64,000 bases of DNA from Halocafeteria seosinensis. Taxonomy: Eukaryota. A model generated the notes under the pieces. It was given only the letters and a program-made list of their open reading frames with translations, did no database searches and was not told where the DNA came from. This document shows, one piece after another, positions 31,280 through 43,000 of the stretch (position 1 is its first letter; each line of letters opens with the position of its first letter). The translations under genes and the position numbers were made by a program. Location: NCBI GenBank assembly GCA_001687465.1, contig LVLI01000295.1, positions 62,001 to 126,000 on the forward strand, read 5' to 3'.

Positions 31280-34200
31280 CTATTCTCGTTCAGTGGTGGT
31301 GCCATCCTCTTCATCAATAAACTCCTCAATACTCATGCTGATGAGGCGCTGCACGACGGTAGCCAACTGGCGATATTCGCTTAGCAAAATAGGAAGGCTG
31401 TTGAATGTTAAATCATCTAACAACCGCACCGCTTTACGGCGTTCTACCAGCTTCTGTGATTGGAATTGAGGTTGCTCGTCTTCAGAAACCTCTTGGAAGA
31501 GGACGGCCATCTTATACGGGTCAAACGACAGAGCGGGTAGTATGTCATTGTGCAGATGCTGCAACGCTGTCGCAATAGAGTCCACAACTTCCATTGTTAG
31601 TGGTTGAGGCGGTGCACACTGAAAGACAGAGCCATCCAGAGTGGGATGGTCATATTCTTGAGCATCTACAACATTACAGAGAGCTTCGCAAAGATGTTTG
31701 ACCTGGAACCTGTCCATGTCGGCCATAGTGGAACTATTCATTTGCTCGACGGCGTGTTCTACAGAGCCCTCATCTTCATCGTCTCCTTCGTTTTCATCAT
31801 CTACTCTTCCGACGGCACGCATATTATAAAGAGGTTCCAGTCGCTTTTCTAGCCAATCCTCGAAGGCATCTGTTTCGCACTCGTCTTCGACGGACGAGAT
31901 TTTATCGCAGATGTTGCGGTTGGCACCACCAGAAATAAGCGGTGCCTGTTGCTCATTTTGATTGTACATTCTCTGATTCCTTTCCATAAAACTGTTCCAC
32001 AATTTTGACCATGTGGCTTCATGGTTTTTCGAGAAATGAGAAATATCCTGCAAACTATGCTGCCTACCGCCGTCCTCGTATACATCATCGTTCGTACTGT
32101 TGAGAGTCTCTATGCAGCTAAACAACGTAGAACTGTCTACAGGATTGCCGGGAACACGAGTATTTGAACGATCCAAACTTTGCTGCAGTGCGGAGTGCAA
32201 CGCACTGGAATATGCATCGGTGAAGCTAGTAATGTGTTGAGCATCTTCTGCAATATCTCTGAGAGTTGACACCAGTTCCTTATGAGTGTCATCCTGTAAT
32301 GACTTCAGATCAGCATCAAAATCAGCACTAGACAAGCTTCGACAGGCATCAAGCAACGAGGAGATATCGTCAAACTGCTGGTGTTGCCGCTGTTGCTTTG
32401 TTTGATTAGATTCCAACTCTTCATCGGGTATGCGAAGGTTTGAAGGCTCAGAAACAGACATTTGGTGCCACTGCTCTAAATTTTCCATAACTTTCTTGTG
32501 AGTTGAAGAGTGATCCTTTGTAGTAGCCTCGGTGCCGTGATTTTGAGACTCATCCTCATCTGAAAGTTTCAGTTGTTCGCGAGGGGTATCTTTTGCGAAA
32601 GATATTGCTGAAAGGAGATTCGTGTAGAAGTACCCTTCTTCTGAATGTTCTTGAGAAGGATCCTTAAACGCTCCAATATAATGAACACATGTATAAAAGC
32701 GAGACGGACATGCATGAATAACGCAGTAGATTAAGACAGGAAGCATGTCATCGGCACCGACAGAAGCCACTTTTGGCGTTTTCCGTTCCTCAACTGGCTG
32801 TCCAGGATCTTGTTGGTCAAGCTCCTCGGCTGTTCCTGACATCTTCATCTCTAGTGCGGCACTTATGGTGGCACAAGCATTCAGTAAACATTGAATCTTG
32901 TCGTTTGGAGCTTTATAAGTTTGCATTTTACCAATCCAAAGTTGTGCCGCTTTCCACGCGTTATCAAGGGAGCTAGGCGGCGGCGTCACTTCCAAGTGAG
33001 AAAATCCACAGTTATGCTTACTTGTAAAAGCATTGTATAAAACCTTATCGCGTTTACTCAATTGAGGAGTAACCTTCGAAAAGGAGGGATAGAGAAGTCC
33101 AAAAACGAAGCGCTGAAGGCCATTCAAGCTACTTTCCCACCGCTGGTGGGACCGTTTGTAATCTTGTTGGCCCAAAGATGGCTCATTTCTCCACAATGGA
33201 TTTTCCTTCATTGCCTCCTTTACTTTCCGTAAGAAAGAGTAAACGATGTCGTTCATTGGCTGCGAAGCAAACTCACTTGCTCTTCGAGAGGCTTGTTTCG
33301 GAGATGTAGCCATTTCGGTCGATAGTGCATACTCTCCGGCGCTAGTTACGCTACAAGCGGAGCCGGCACCACTAGGCGGATTGTGTTTGTCTTCGGCGGT
33401 ATCATGATCACTCTCAGAGCCGTTTTCCCCGTCATAATTTTCATTCCCACCCTCATGGTTGTTGGACGCAGAAGCGGTCCCTTCGTCGGCACTAGCATTG
33501 TCAGAGAACTGTGCCTCCGTCTGACCATCATCTTCTTCGTCTTCTTCGTCCCCCCATAAAAACTCTGCGTCACTTGAAATGGCTCCAAGGTCAAACAAAG
33601 GAGCCCGGTTTGCTACACGCTTAACAAACCCTTGAATCATTTCAATTATATCAGAAGCTTCCGGCCTCAGCAGCTTCAAGACGAAATTATCGTATTGCTC
33701 CAGTTCTTCCCGACTCATGCCTATTTCAGTTACAAGATCCATAGTCTGTCTGTCCAGTAATTCATCCAGTCGACTAACGTTTACATTTTCGGTTGATTCG
33801 CCTTCATTTGAGTCCTTGTTGGATCTGTTTCCAGCTTCACCAGTGGTGTGTAGCACCTCCTCACAAGATTGCAGCAGTCGCTTAATTTTATCGTCACCAA
33901 GTGGCAGTCTACTATCGTTATTGCGCCGCCAGGGCGGCAGCGTAGGAGCCGTCAGAGAGTTCATTTCTTCGTTTGTGCCGTACGCTTCTTGCTGAGCACT
34001 CATATAACTTGAGGAAGCCCGACTGTCGGACATTGCGTCTTGGTCATCTTGCGCTAATGCTCGGAGGGTATCCGCTAACTCGGACGTGTCCTTTAGAGCT
34101 TGCAATATTTCTGTGCCTCTGGAACGCAGGTCATCTGAAGTTTCAGCAATCGCTCGAAGAGCTCTTAGTTTACTCGTCGATTTCTTCGCGATGGCCGTGT

Positions 34201-34633
34201 AAGTTTTCACAATGGACGTCTCCATCTCCCCGTCCCCTATGGTTTCCGCAATAGATTGGGGTTCCCCTGTGGAATTTGGGGTGGCGGCGGAGGAACTCGA
34301 GGCTAGTTGCGCCTGCTCCTGCTTCTTCTCCTTCTTGGTGTACGACTTCAGTATGTCCGGATGAAAGCCTGATTCCTGCACAATTCTATCTTCCGGTAAG
34401 CGCTCATATACAGCATGTTGGACGCTTTTCTCGGAGACAATGGGAGCCGGGAAGCACGCATTACTCAGCACCCAGGAGACATTTCGCTGCCGCGCCTCCT
34501 TCAATAAGGTGTCTCTCTGCATATTCATGGGGGAAGCATCTTCCTCATCGTTAGAATACGCCTCATTATCTACTGTAGACCTCTCCGACGCCGACGCCGC
34601 ATTTCTGTTGGGGGGCGTTCTTGTCTCCTCCAT
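31280..34633 (-). CDS. VPS9-domain Rab5-family GEF
   Basis: KMQTYKAPNDKIQCLLNAC, GADDMLPVLIYCVI and SEEGYFYTNLLSAISF are VPS9 hallmarks. Single long ORF; first ATG at 34633. Confidence 0.88.
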   Translation of the reverse strand: MEETRTPPNRNAASASERSTVDNEAYSNDEEDASPMNMQRDTLLKEARQRNVSWVLSNACFPAPIVSEKSVQHAVYERLPEDRIVQESGFHPDILKSYTKKEKKQEQAQLASSSSAATPNSTGEPQSIAETIGDGEMETSIVKTYTAIAKKSTSKLRALRAIAETSDDLRSRGTEILQALKDTSELADTLRALAQDDQDAMSDSRASSSYMSAQQEAYGTNEEMNSLTAPTLPPWRRNNDSRLPLGDDKIKRLLQSCEEVLHTTGEAGNRSNKDSNEGESTENVNVSRLDELLDRQTMDLVTEIGMSREELEQYDNFVLKLLRPEASDIIEMIQGFVKRVANRAPLFDLGAISSDAEFLWGDEEDEEDDGQTEAQFSDNASADEGTASASNNHEGGNENYDGENGSESDHDTAEDKHNPPSGAGSACSVTSAGEYALSTEMATSPKQASRRASEFASQPMNDIVYSFLRKVKEAMKENPLWRNEPSLGQQDYKRSHQRWESSLNGLQRFVFGLLYPSFSKVTPQLSKRDKVLYNAFTSKHNCGFSHLEVTPPPSSLDNAWKAAQLWIGKMQTYKAPNDKIQCLLNACATISAALEMKMSGTAEELDQQDPGQPVEERKTPKVASVGADDMLPVLIYCVIHACPSRFYTCVHYIGAFKDPSQEHSEEGYFYTNLLSAISFAKDTPREQLKLSDEDESQNHGTEATTKDHSSTHKKVMENLEQWHQMSVSEPSNLRIPDEELESNQTKQQRQHQQFDDISSLLDACRSLSSADFDADLKSLQDDTHKELVSTLRDIAEDAQHITSFTDAYSSALHSALQQSLDRSNTRVPGNPVDSSTLFSCIETLNSTNDDVYEDGGRQHSLQDISHFSKNHEATWSKLWNSFMERNQRMYNQNEQQAPLISGGANRNICDKISSVEDECETDAFEDWLEKRLEPLYNMRAVGRVDDENEGDDEDEGSVEHAVEQMNSSTMADMDRFQVKHLCEALCNVVDAQEYDHPTLDGSVFQCAPPQPLTMEVVDSIATALQHLHNDILPALSFDPYKMAVLFQEVSEDEQPQFQSQKLVERRKAVRLLDDLTFNSLPILLSEYRQLATVVQRLISMSIEEFIDEEDGTTTERE

Positions 34634-35210
34634 GATGGCTACGTTCGCGGTATCATGTTGCACATAAGAAGAAAAAAATATAGTTGTACTCTACGAAAAG
34701 AATCAATTAGAAAGTTGTGTCAATACAACCCTCTTTATGCAAGTACCCCCGGCCCCGGGTGGTCGGTGAGTCAAAAAGATGGAAAACTTCAAGTTCAGAC
34801 CATGTTATACAGAGTGACACGTTGTATATAAAATCGCTAACTCTGACAACAAATCGAATTATCGATTCGCCATGTACTGGATGTGATATTGGCACGAAGT
34901 TAGTCTGACCCTCGCTTATAAAATAGCGAGTACCGGTATCCACCCGTGTTCGCCTCGCTGACGTGGCCTGTGTGTGTACGTGGTCCTGTCACCACCGACT
35001 GCAGATGTGGCACTCCTACCACGAGTAGCATAAGGCCGGGATTCCACGGCTTCCCTTCTGTGTGCAAAAGTACCTTTCTGTTTCCGAGAAGCTATTTGCG
35101 CGGGATGAGTTTACATTTTCGTGAATTTTTGGATAAGTTCTCCTCCACGAACTTGTGACACCGAGTGCGCGTGGCCCTCACAGCGTCTATACGTTTGGTG
35201 TAACGTTGCC

Positions 35211-38200
35211 TCAAAGATTAACAAGTATATCCACACCCTTAAGGGCTTCTCCTAAGTCTCGCCCAGTAAACGGTTTATGCACAATGGCATTAAACCCAAC
35301 AGCATGATATTTGTCTGTATCTTTCTTTGAGACATTGCCAGTGGTGGCAATGATTGGAATAGTACAACCATGTTCTCGCAGTTGTCGGCAAGCAACGTCA
35401 CCGTTCATATCGTGCATAATGATATCAAGTAAAATAGCATCGAACGCCTCAGGTTTTAGACCGGGGGAATTCGGGCGTCCTTCAGGCACAACAGCCATTT
35501 TCCGGGTGCTATGGGTGGGTACGTCAGACAACGCTCCACTGGAGACCTGTTCAGTCTGTTTGAGAAGGGGCAAAACTTCAGTTCCATCACGAGCCACAGT
35601 CACTTTATGGGGTCCACTTCGTTTTAGCATTTTCTTCAGTATCATTCTGTTGGTGTTTTCATCGTCCACGACAAGAAAGTTGTAAGCCTTCTCTGCTTCC
35701 TTCTTTTCCTCCAGTGCTTGCGAAGGTGCAGCTTGTTGGACTGTTGTGGTAGTCGGGGTTTCATTGCATACCGAAGTAGGAGAGACGTGCATTGTTCCAC
35801 TGGTTCCCGATATAGTAATTGATTCGTGGTCTTGGGTGGTTGGAGCTGGTGTATGTCCGTTGTTTGAGTGTCCCGACGCCCTTCCCCGCACGTGCGCAGA
35901 TGAATCGGTTGTAAACGACAACTGTAGCGTCGGAATCACAGCCCTTGATGCACAGTTATCAAGACTGTCATAAGATCTTGATCGACTAAAATACAGGGAT
36001 GTATGTGTTGTTGAGGTTGATCCAGTGACGCCACTGGATAGCGATCGTCGCAAGTGACCTGAGCGTCGACCAAAATTGCCGACCTGCACAGGACGTGAAT
36101 ACCCGGACGCAGTTAATGAGTTAGTGCCGCGGGAAAAGCGCTTGTCTGCATTGTTTGCAAGAGGTTGTATGGCCGCAGACTGATCTTCTTGAAACTCATT
36201 ATTATCATCATCATCAAGAGAGAAAAGGGCCCTTTGTGGAGCAAGGCGCACGGGCAGGCATATTCTGAGACCTCCAATAGGTGAAACAGGGGAAAGATCA
36301 CTAGAAATTATTTTCTCGACCATTGCTCTTATGGGTTCCGAAGGAACGCCTTTCAACGGAAAATCTTCAGAGAGGGCAGGGTCATGCGTGTTCTGCTTGA
36401 GTGCCAACAAGTGGTCCTGTATTACCATCGCATACGCGAGTACGTTGGGTTCAGGTAGGTACATTTCATACTCTCCACCCATCTCCTGCACTTGTTTATC
36501 CAATGAGTCAGTGGACCAAACCAACGGCATTGTTGACGCTAAACCCTCACTCGCGAGTTGCTGCAGTGACGTTTCTTGATTCTGTAGACGTTGCTCCCTC
36601 TTTCTTTCCTTCCTGGTTAACTTTTTGTTTAGCTGTGGACCCTTCTCAGCATCGGAATCACCACCGCTTCTGACAGAATGCACATCTTCTTCCGAGACAA
36701 TGCGCTCAATGCGAATCTTTGCCTCCCACACGAGCCAATATCCTTCCTGCGCACCCTCTCCGCCTGGTGCAGACGAAGACTCAGTTCTATGGCTGTTTTT
36801 CCTTTTCCTCGGGTCGTTCGCGATCAATTTACTGTGCCAGCTGGAATCACTGGTAATGTCGCACCTGATTTCCACAGCCAGCTGGCGAGTGAATGGTGAC
36901 CGGGGAAAGTGCTTTATACAGACACTGTCCGACTCACCACTATCACTTGCTGCTGTTGCCGCTGAGGCGCAAGACAGGCAGTTGGGGCGCTGCCTTATAC
37001 GCCTATTGATTTTGCTATAGTTTCGCGCAAGATGAGCATAGCGCTTGGCGAGGTGAGCCTCGGCACGCCAAAAGGACCGATGAACATTATGTATTGCGTA
37101 CATGTTGATGCCTGACAACATCTGCATTAGTGAGGACTTGAGTCCGACGATTGTAGCTGCGTTACTGGCATCTATTCGCGAGCAATGAGCTAAGTCAACT
37201 TTTTCATTCATGTCCACAGCGCCTAGAGTATCTGTCGTGGGGATATGCAGCTTGAGTGCTTTGCAATGGATATTTGAGGAAACATCGATATTGTAGCGGA
37301 CATCCCGGACGAGCTCAGATAACATGAAGGTTTCCGGTTTACTCGTTGACCCAGCCGGGGCACTCGAGGATGTGTGGTTTCCTTCGTCAGAATGGCGTTG
37401 GCGATCAGTATCTTTACTCTCGCTGTCCGTATCAACGTCTTTTAGAGAGCTTTGATCATCCTCGGCAGACGGCATACTGCCGAGAATTCCGTAGCCTGCA
37501 TCCAACGCACTCGAGATTTCATTTAGAGTTCCTCCAATTTGCTGGATGCATCGCTCTAACAATTCAATCTTGCCTCTGTACGACGGCGAAAGGGATTCGT
37601 AATCATCACTGTCCCGCAACATATAGATTGTGCCCGCAATGCTATGGGTAGGATTTCTTAGACGATGGTTGATGAACGATAAAGCACGCAAGTGAGACTG
37701 TTGGGCCACGGTCGCCATTGCTTGGCCGTTTTTCAGTCGTTTTTCCTGTTCTTCGTTTTCTTTTTCCCTTCGATAGCTTCTGTACGCTAGGAATGCCGTT
37801 ACAGAAAATATTGCAAAACCAAAAACAGAGCCGATGCTAGCTAATATTGCGGTTAAGTTGATATCGCATCCAGATCCTACGAAGCCAGTGTCGCAGTCGC
37901 ACGTTCCTTCGGCCGTACATGTCCCATGACTACCGCATTTATTGGAAACTTGACAAACCATCAATTCCCATTCAGGTTTAGGAAAAACCAAATCATCGCT
38001 CGCAGAAAAGTCTGGAGAAACAACCTGAAGGGACCTATCATTGACATGTTGAAGGGTTACTACCGCTTCAGACCTTATATTTTGGCCGTCCTCATATCTA
38101 ACAGTTCCGAACGCACTCCTGGATTCAATGCCTTCGAAAAACTTCATGATCTCAGTTCCAGTTGTAGCGTTGCTCCTGTCGATCCCTATCATAACTAAGC

Positions 38201-39487
38201 TGAGCAGCGAAAAGCTCGCTGTGGTATGATATGTTGGATCTTTCCCAAATTGTGCTGTATGCTCTTCGCGTAATTCTTCCGGGCTTGTTTCTGTACGAGT
38301 GATTCCATTGGACGAGGAGCCAATAGGATCAAGCGCTGAGAGTGCTGCTTTCGAGTCACCAGTAGAGGTTCCCATAATAAAACGACCGGGGAATCCCAGC
38401 TCCTCAGCCTTTGTTGAGAGTAGTTCTTCCCGGAAAGAGGTTTCATGTACGCATGTAGTGAACGCCAGAGAACTGAAATCGAGCTTGTTTTCCCTTAAGA
38501 AATGAATTAACTCAACGCATATATCTTCATAGAGGCAGCCAAATAGGGCTTCATCTCCATCTGCATTGCCTTCTACTCGCGGTGACAAATATTTTCGATA
38601 TTGTTCCACCCTAGACGCTTTGCTACTACGGTTCGTATCCACTCTGATATGAACAGGTACTTCCATCCCATACCACAAAGTTCCAGACTTGTGTCTTTCC
38701 ACCATAGGTTTACATGCTTCACGAGTAAATTCCTCGTCTTCCTCCACAATGAACGCTCGTTTCACTGACAAGGAACGCATCACTCGTCCTAAGCGATCGA
38801 AATACAGCCGAGCATCGGGTAGAATACCGAACGCCGTTCTGCTCGAATGGAAGACATCTCTGGCGGCAGCTCCGGGAGCTAGCAATATTTGATCAACCTC
38901 TGTACAAATCAGGAACTCAACACTGGTAGTGAACAGAGGGGCGAGGAATCGAAAGCTGATCAACTGCAAGCACACGTACCATCAGCAATCGGCGTGACCG
39001 CTTTTGTGAGTGTCGACGAATACGGAGCGAGCAATCGCGTGGCATTCTCAGCGATGCACATGCGAATGGCCTCTTGGGCGCCTAGTATGGAGCTCTCGTC
39101 GTCGAAGAGAGTAATCGTCACAGCTCTTTGAAGTTGAGCCCCCGCAGAGGTTGTCCAGCGCCCACAGGACCATTGTCCAAAGAGTGCATAGCCTTTTCGA
39201 AGAGAGTCCGAGGGGTTTACAAAGCGTCCCGAGAAAGATGAGGCTCCACAGAACTGGAGAGACTCTGAGCTGGCTTTGGAACTGTCAGCGGGAGTGCATG
39301 AAAATTGGTATTTCTTGGTGGCATTATCCAGCGGCTTCCACGTCGTCGGCGAAGATAAGAACCGCGATATTTTGTCTTTGTCCTCGCCCACAGGGGGAAT
39401 TCGTCCCACCACACGGATGCAGCAGAGGCTGCTGTACCCTATCACCAGCAAGAGAATCCACGGGAAGGAAAAGGAACCATGCATCAT
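35211..39487 (-). CDS. Membrane hybrid histidine kinase-like receptor: signal peptide, type-1 periplasmic-binding (Venus flytrap) domain, EGF-like domain, TM, HisKA, degenerate ATPase, receiver
   Basis: An intron at about 38979-38900 joins the two ORFs. Motifs: DDES..LLAPYSSTLT (PBP1), CGSHGTC..CDCDTGFVGSGC (EGF), a TM helix, FINHRLRNP (H-box), and LVVDD...ILLDIIM...IIATTGN...HKPF (REC). Confidence 0.85.
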
Positions 39488-40016
39488 CGATTGCTTCGCG
39501 ATGCGGTATCTTTGTTAACGATTGTATTGTACAGTTCAAACCATGAACGAACCTCCGCCTCCGCCTCTCTAAGAATACAAGAACAACGTGATTCTATCTT
39601 CTTCGGTTTTCTTTTTTCTTCTCTTCTGAATAAAAGGAATCGAATGGTCAAACCGATTCGGAACATTCGTATTAATTGTTACCGTGCCGCAGCAGCGTAG
39701 AAGAGGCCAGGAAGTGGTGGTCATGTGAGCTACAACTCACTGGTACTGCGAAATACCGGTACCCCCTCGTAAAACTTTTGGCTGAAACAAAACACGCAGT
39801 TGTGTTTTAGTGGGTGCTATCGTGCATCGCATGGAATTCTCTTCAAACAGTAAGACGGCAAATCCGTTGGGCACGAACTGGGATCCGAGTTCGGACAGGG
39901 TACCAAAGCTACCTGCAGCAAGTCGCTCAGAGCTTGATAAACAAAAAAGGGGACGAAAAACGTGAAGCTCTAGTGGTATGTGCATTTGGTTAGGTTAGCA
40001 TGTGAGCAATTACAAA

Positions 40017-43000
40017 CTACGTTGTTCCATCACCTGACGCAGAGCGCTCCTCACCACGCCTGAGGGAAGCTTGATCTTGCCTATACCCAAGTTCTCGCAT
40101 GAATTGCGTATCCGACTTCTCCATTTCATGTTGCAACGCTTCTTCGTTCAAGTGTTCTTGATCTCCTTCAACCAGTTTACGCAGGTGCTGACGAAGCTGC
40201 TGACTAATATCCTTTTCGGTTTCAATACTCTGCGCATGTTCGAGGAGAGGATTGACTTCAGTATTTCGCGCTTCCAGGAAACTGAAGACTTTTTCGCGCA
40301 CGTTCAACAACTCCTCGTTGCCAGCATCTCCACCGTCAGCATCACCTGGGTAAGGGTTATAGCCATACCGCTCCCATGCACCGTAAGTATCCAGGCAAAC
40401 GACTACTAATCGATACCTCGGAAGAGACTTCATGTATTCTCCCGTTTCTGCGCTCTCGCTCTGGCTCCGAGGGTCAGCAGATCGCGAACGATCTCGCTTT
40501 ACCTCCTCAGGATGAGGATCCTCGAGAGCCTCTTTATCTGATTGAAAGCCACTGGCCTTAACATTGGCTGGAGGAATCATGCTTAAAGCAAGTAGATACC
40601 AATTATCCTCCAGTAGGTGGATTTTGCAGGCAAGCAAGATTTCGGGCACTTCTTTACTACGAAAAGACAGTTCCAGTGTCTTTGCACTTTGCCAGATGAA
40701 CGGATTACTAGAGGGGCTCTCGATTTCATCCCTCCTTAACGCATATTTGTCTACCGAAGAAACACCGACATCGTGTCTCCGTATAGATATGACTGGTCTT
40801 CGAGCGTCCGTTGCCTCCAGACAGTAGTAGCGGATGTCCCCAGTGCCGTCATTTTCTACCGAAAGCATGTTGGCTAACAAGCCTTTGCGGAACTGATACT
40901 TCGGGTGCTTTGTCGGTGGTGTGTCGGGCGAAAACATTTCGGTGATGGCGGCGGTAAAGGGCTGAGAAATATTATGACGCTGCGGTTGGTGCTCCTCAAC
41001 CGGGAGATTGAGCACTATCTTTGAGCAAAAATTTCGCACCACCACTCTTAACCGAGACGATGATCTGACGGCAGGGTGGCTTAATATTTCCGCGTATTTA
41101 TAACGCTGTATTGTCGACGTTCCTTCCATGAAAGAGTAGGTAAATACAGTGAATGGTTTTCCTTTATATGGGTGGCAGTGTGGATGTCCTCGAATCCATA
41201 CCATATATATGTGCGGGGGAGGGATTCCTCGGTATAGTCCCCAAGCGATAACCCCTTGCATCGTGTTAGGGATTGCAGGCTTATACCCTAAAGCGCTACT
41301 AACATCAGTAAACCATGTTCCCGAAAAGTGAGTATCTGTAGAAACCTCCTTCAACGGAGGAGGAGGGTGCCCATCTTCTATTGCTCTTGGAGGCGGCCTT
41401 GTACCTAGGATACTGTTACTTTCATCAAGATGCAGCAACTTCTTGGAGAAATCTACGTCCTCGATGCAAACTTCGTTGCGATCGGCTGAATCCTTCTTCG
41501 ACGACAGTGCCTTACCGCTGTCTATTGAGGCTTTGTATGACTGGAGTATCGATATGGAACGGTTTACTTTCTCCACCTTGATTCTATAAACTTCGTCATC
41601 GTTCCACATACAACGCGAATTACGCAATAGCTTTTTCCATTCCTCTGCCTCTAGACGATGGTGGTAACTTCCCCAACCCTTAGAAGGATTCGCAGGCGGA
41701 AGCAGTACGCGCTCTTGCTTTCTACCCGGTGCGGGGGGTAGTCGCCGAATTAACGAATCTACGGCTTCCGGATCTATCCCGTATGATTTCAGAAGGTCAC
41801 GCCACCGTTGCATGCATTGGTTTCCATTGCTTACGAGATCATCTTCTACCGCTGCATCTTCGAAATCCCATCTGGAAAGGTATCGTCGCGTGACTTCACC
41901 AGTCCGTAGATTTAATGATTCCATGCTATACATTCCCCGTCCCCAGCCAACTTCTACATCTCGAATATTCCGAATGTCGGCTAGTAAGGGTCCATCAGAT
42001 TTTGATTCGCTTTCAGCAAAGCCAGCTCGGGAATTAGGGTCATCTCCATTGCTTCCTCCGGAACCGGCGCCAAACTGCTGTAACCACACTAGGGAACGTT
42101 CGCATGCGTTCTGTTCGTCAATGTTTGGTTGGTATTCTCCTAGAGGGCACTTCCGCAGGACAACAAACTCAGCACGGTGCTGCGTCCCGCCAGGCTCGAG
42201 CAACTCAGAAACGGTGTCTTCATCCATTCGCTCCACAGGGTACGTCTTACCGTCTACCTTAAAGCCGCAGGTGAGGATACCGCTGCCCATAGGAGGCACA
42301 GGTACATTGGCAGGGTGAGCGGCTGAACTGTCTCGGTTTCTTAAAGAGCTTCCTTGCCTTGATCGCTGGATGCGTTCCTTCCGTTTCCTCTCAGCGAGTT
42401 TGACTGAGCTACCAACGCCCACAGCCCGCGTATAGCCGGGACCAACATGGATGTCAGCGCGGTATTTTGCATTTTGTAGGGCTTCGTCCGCTTCTTCCAG
42501 AGCTTCGTTGACCTCCTGAGCTTTACCTTTTCTGTCGTGCTCCACTCTAACAGAGCCGGTCACTTCTTGCTTCAGCTTCTCCTCTCGAGCATCCCTCCTA
42601 GCCTGCCGCGCCGCCTCTCGTGCAGCTTCCTCAGCCTCAATATTCTCATGCTCTTTCAGTCTATCCTGGCGAACTTCTTCCAGGGCTTGCTTTCGCAAAG
42701 CTTCGGCTTCGATGTACGCATCGACGCTAGCTTTATTTTGAAACCGGAACTGTTTTCTTTCGTCCCTATGACGCCTACGCCTCCTTCCACTAACACTTGG
42801 AGAGACCGCACGCGAATCATCCCCGCTTCCTTGTTCCTCACCCGCTTCTACACCCGATAAGCTGGTGTTCTCAAGCATAGATTGCCACTGGTCGGCCACC
42901 ACGTTCCAAGCATCCCTTGTTCTTGTTTCGGTATCCTGATAGTCACTTGGAACTTGAGAGTTGGTGAAAGCGAATAAAGACGAAAAGCGCTTAGCACCCT

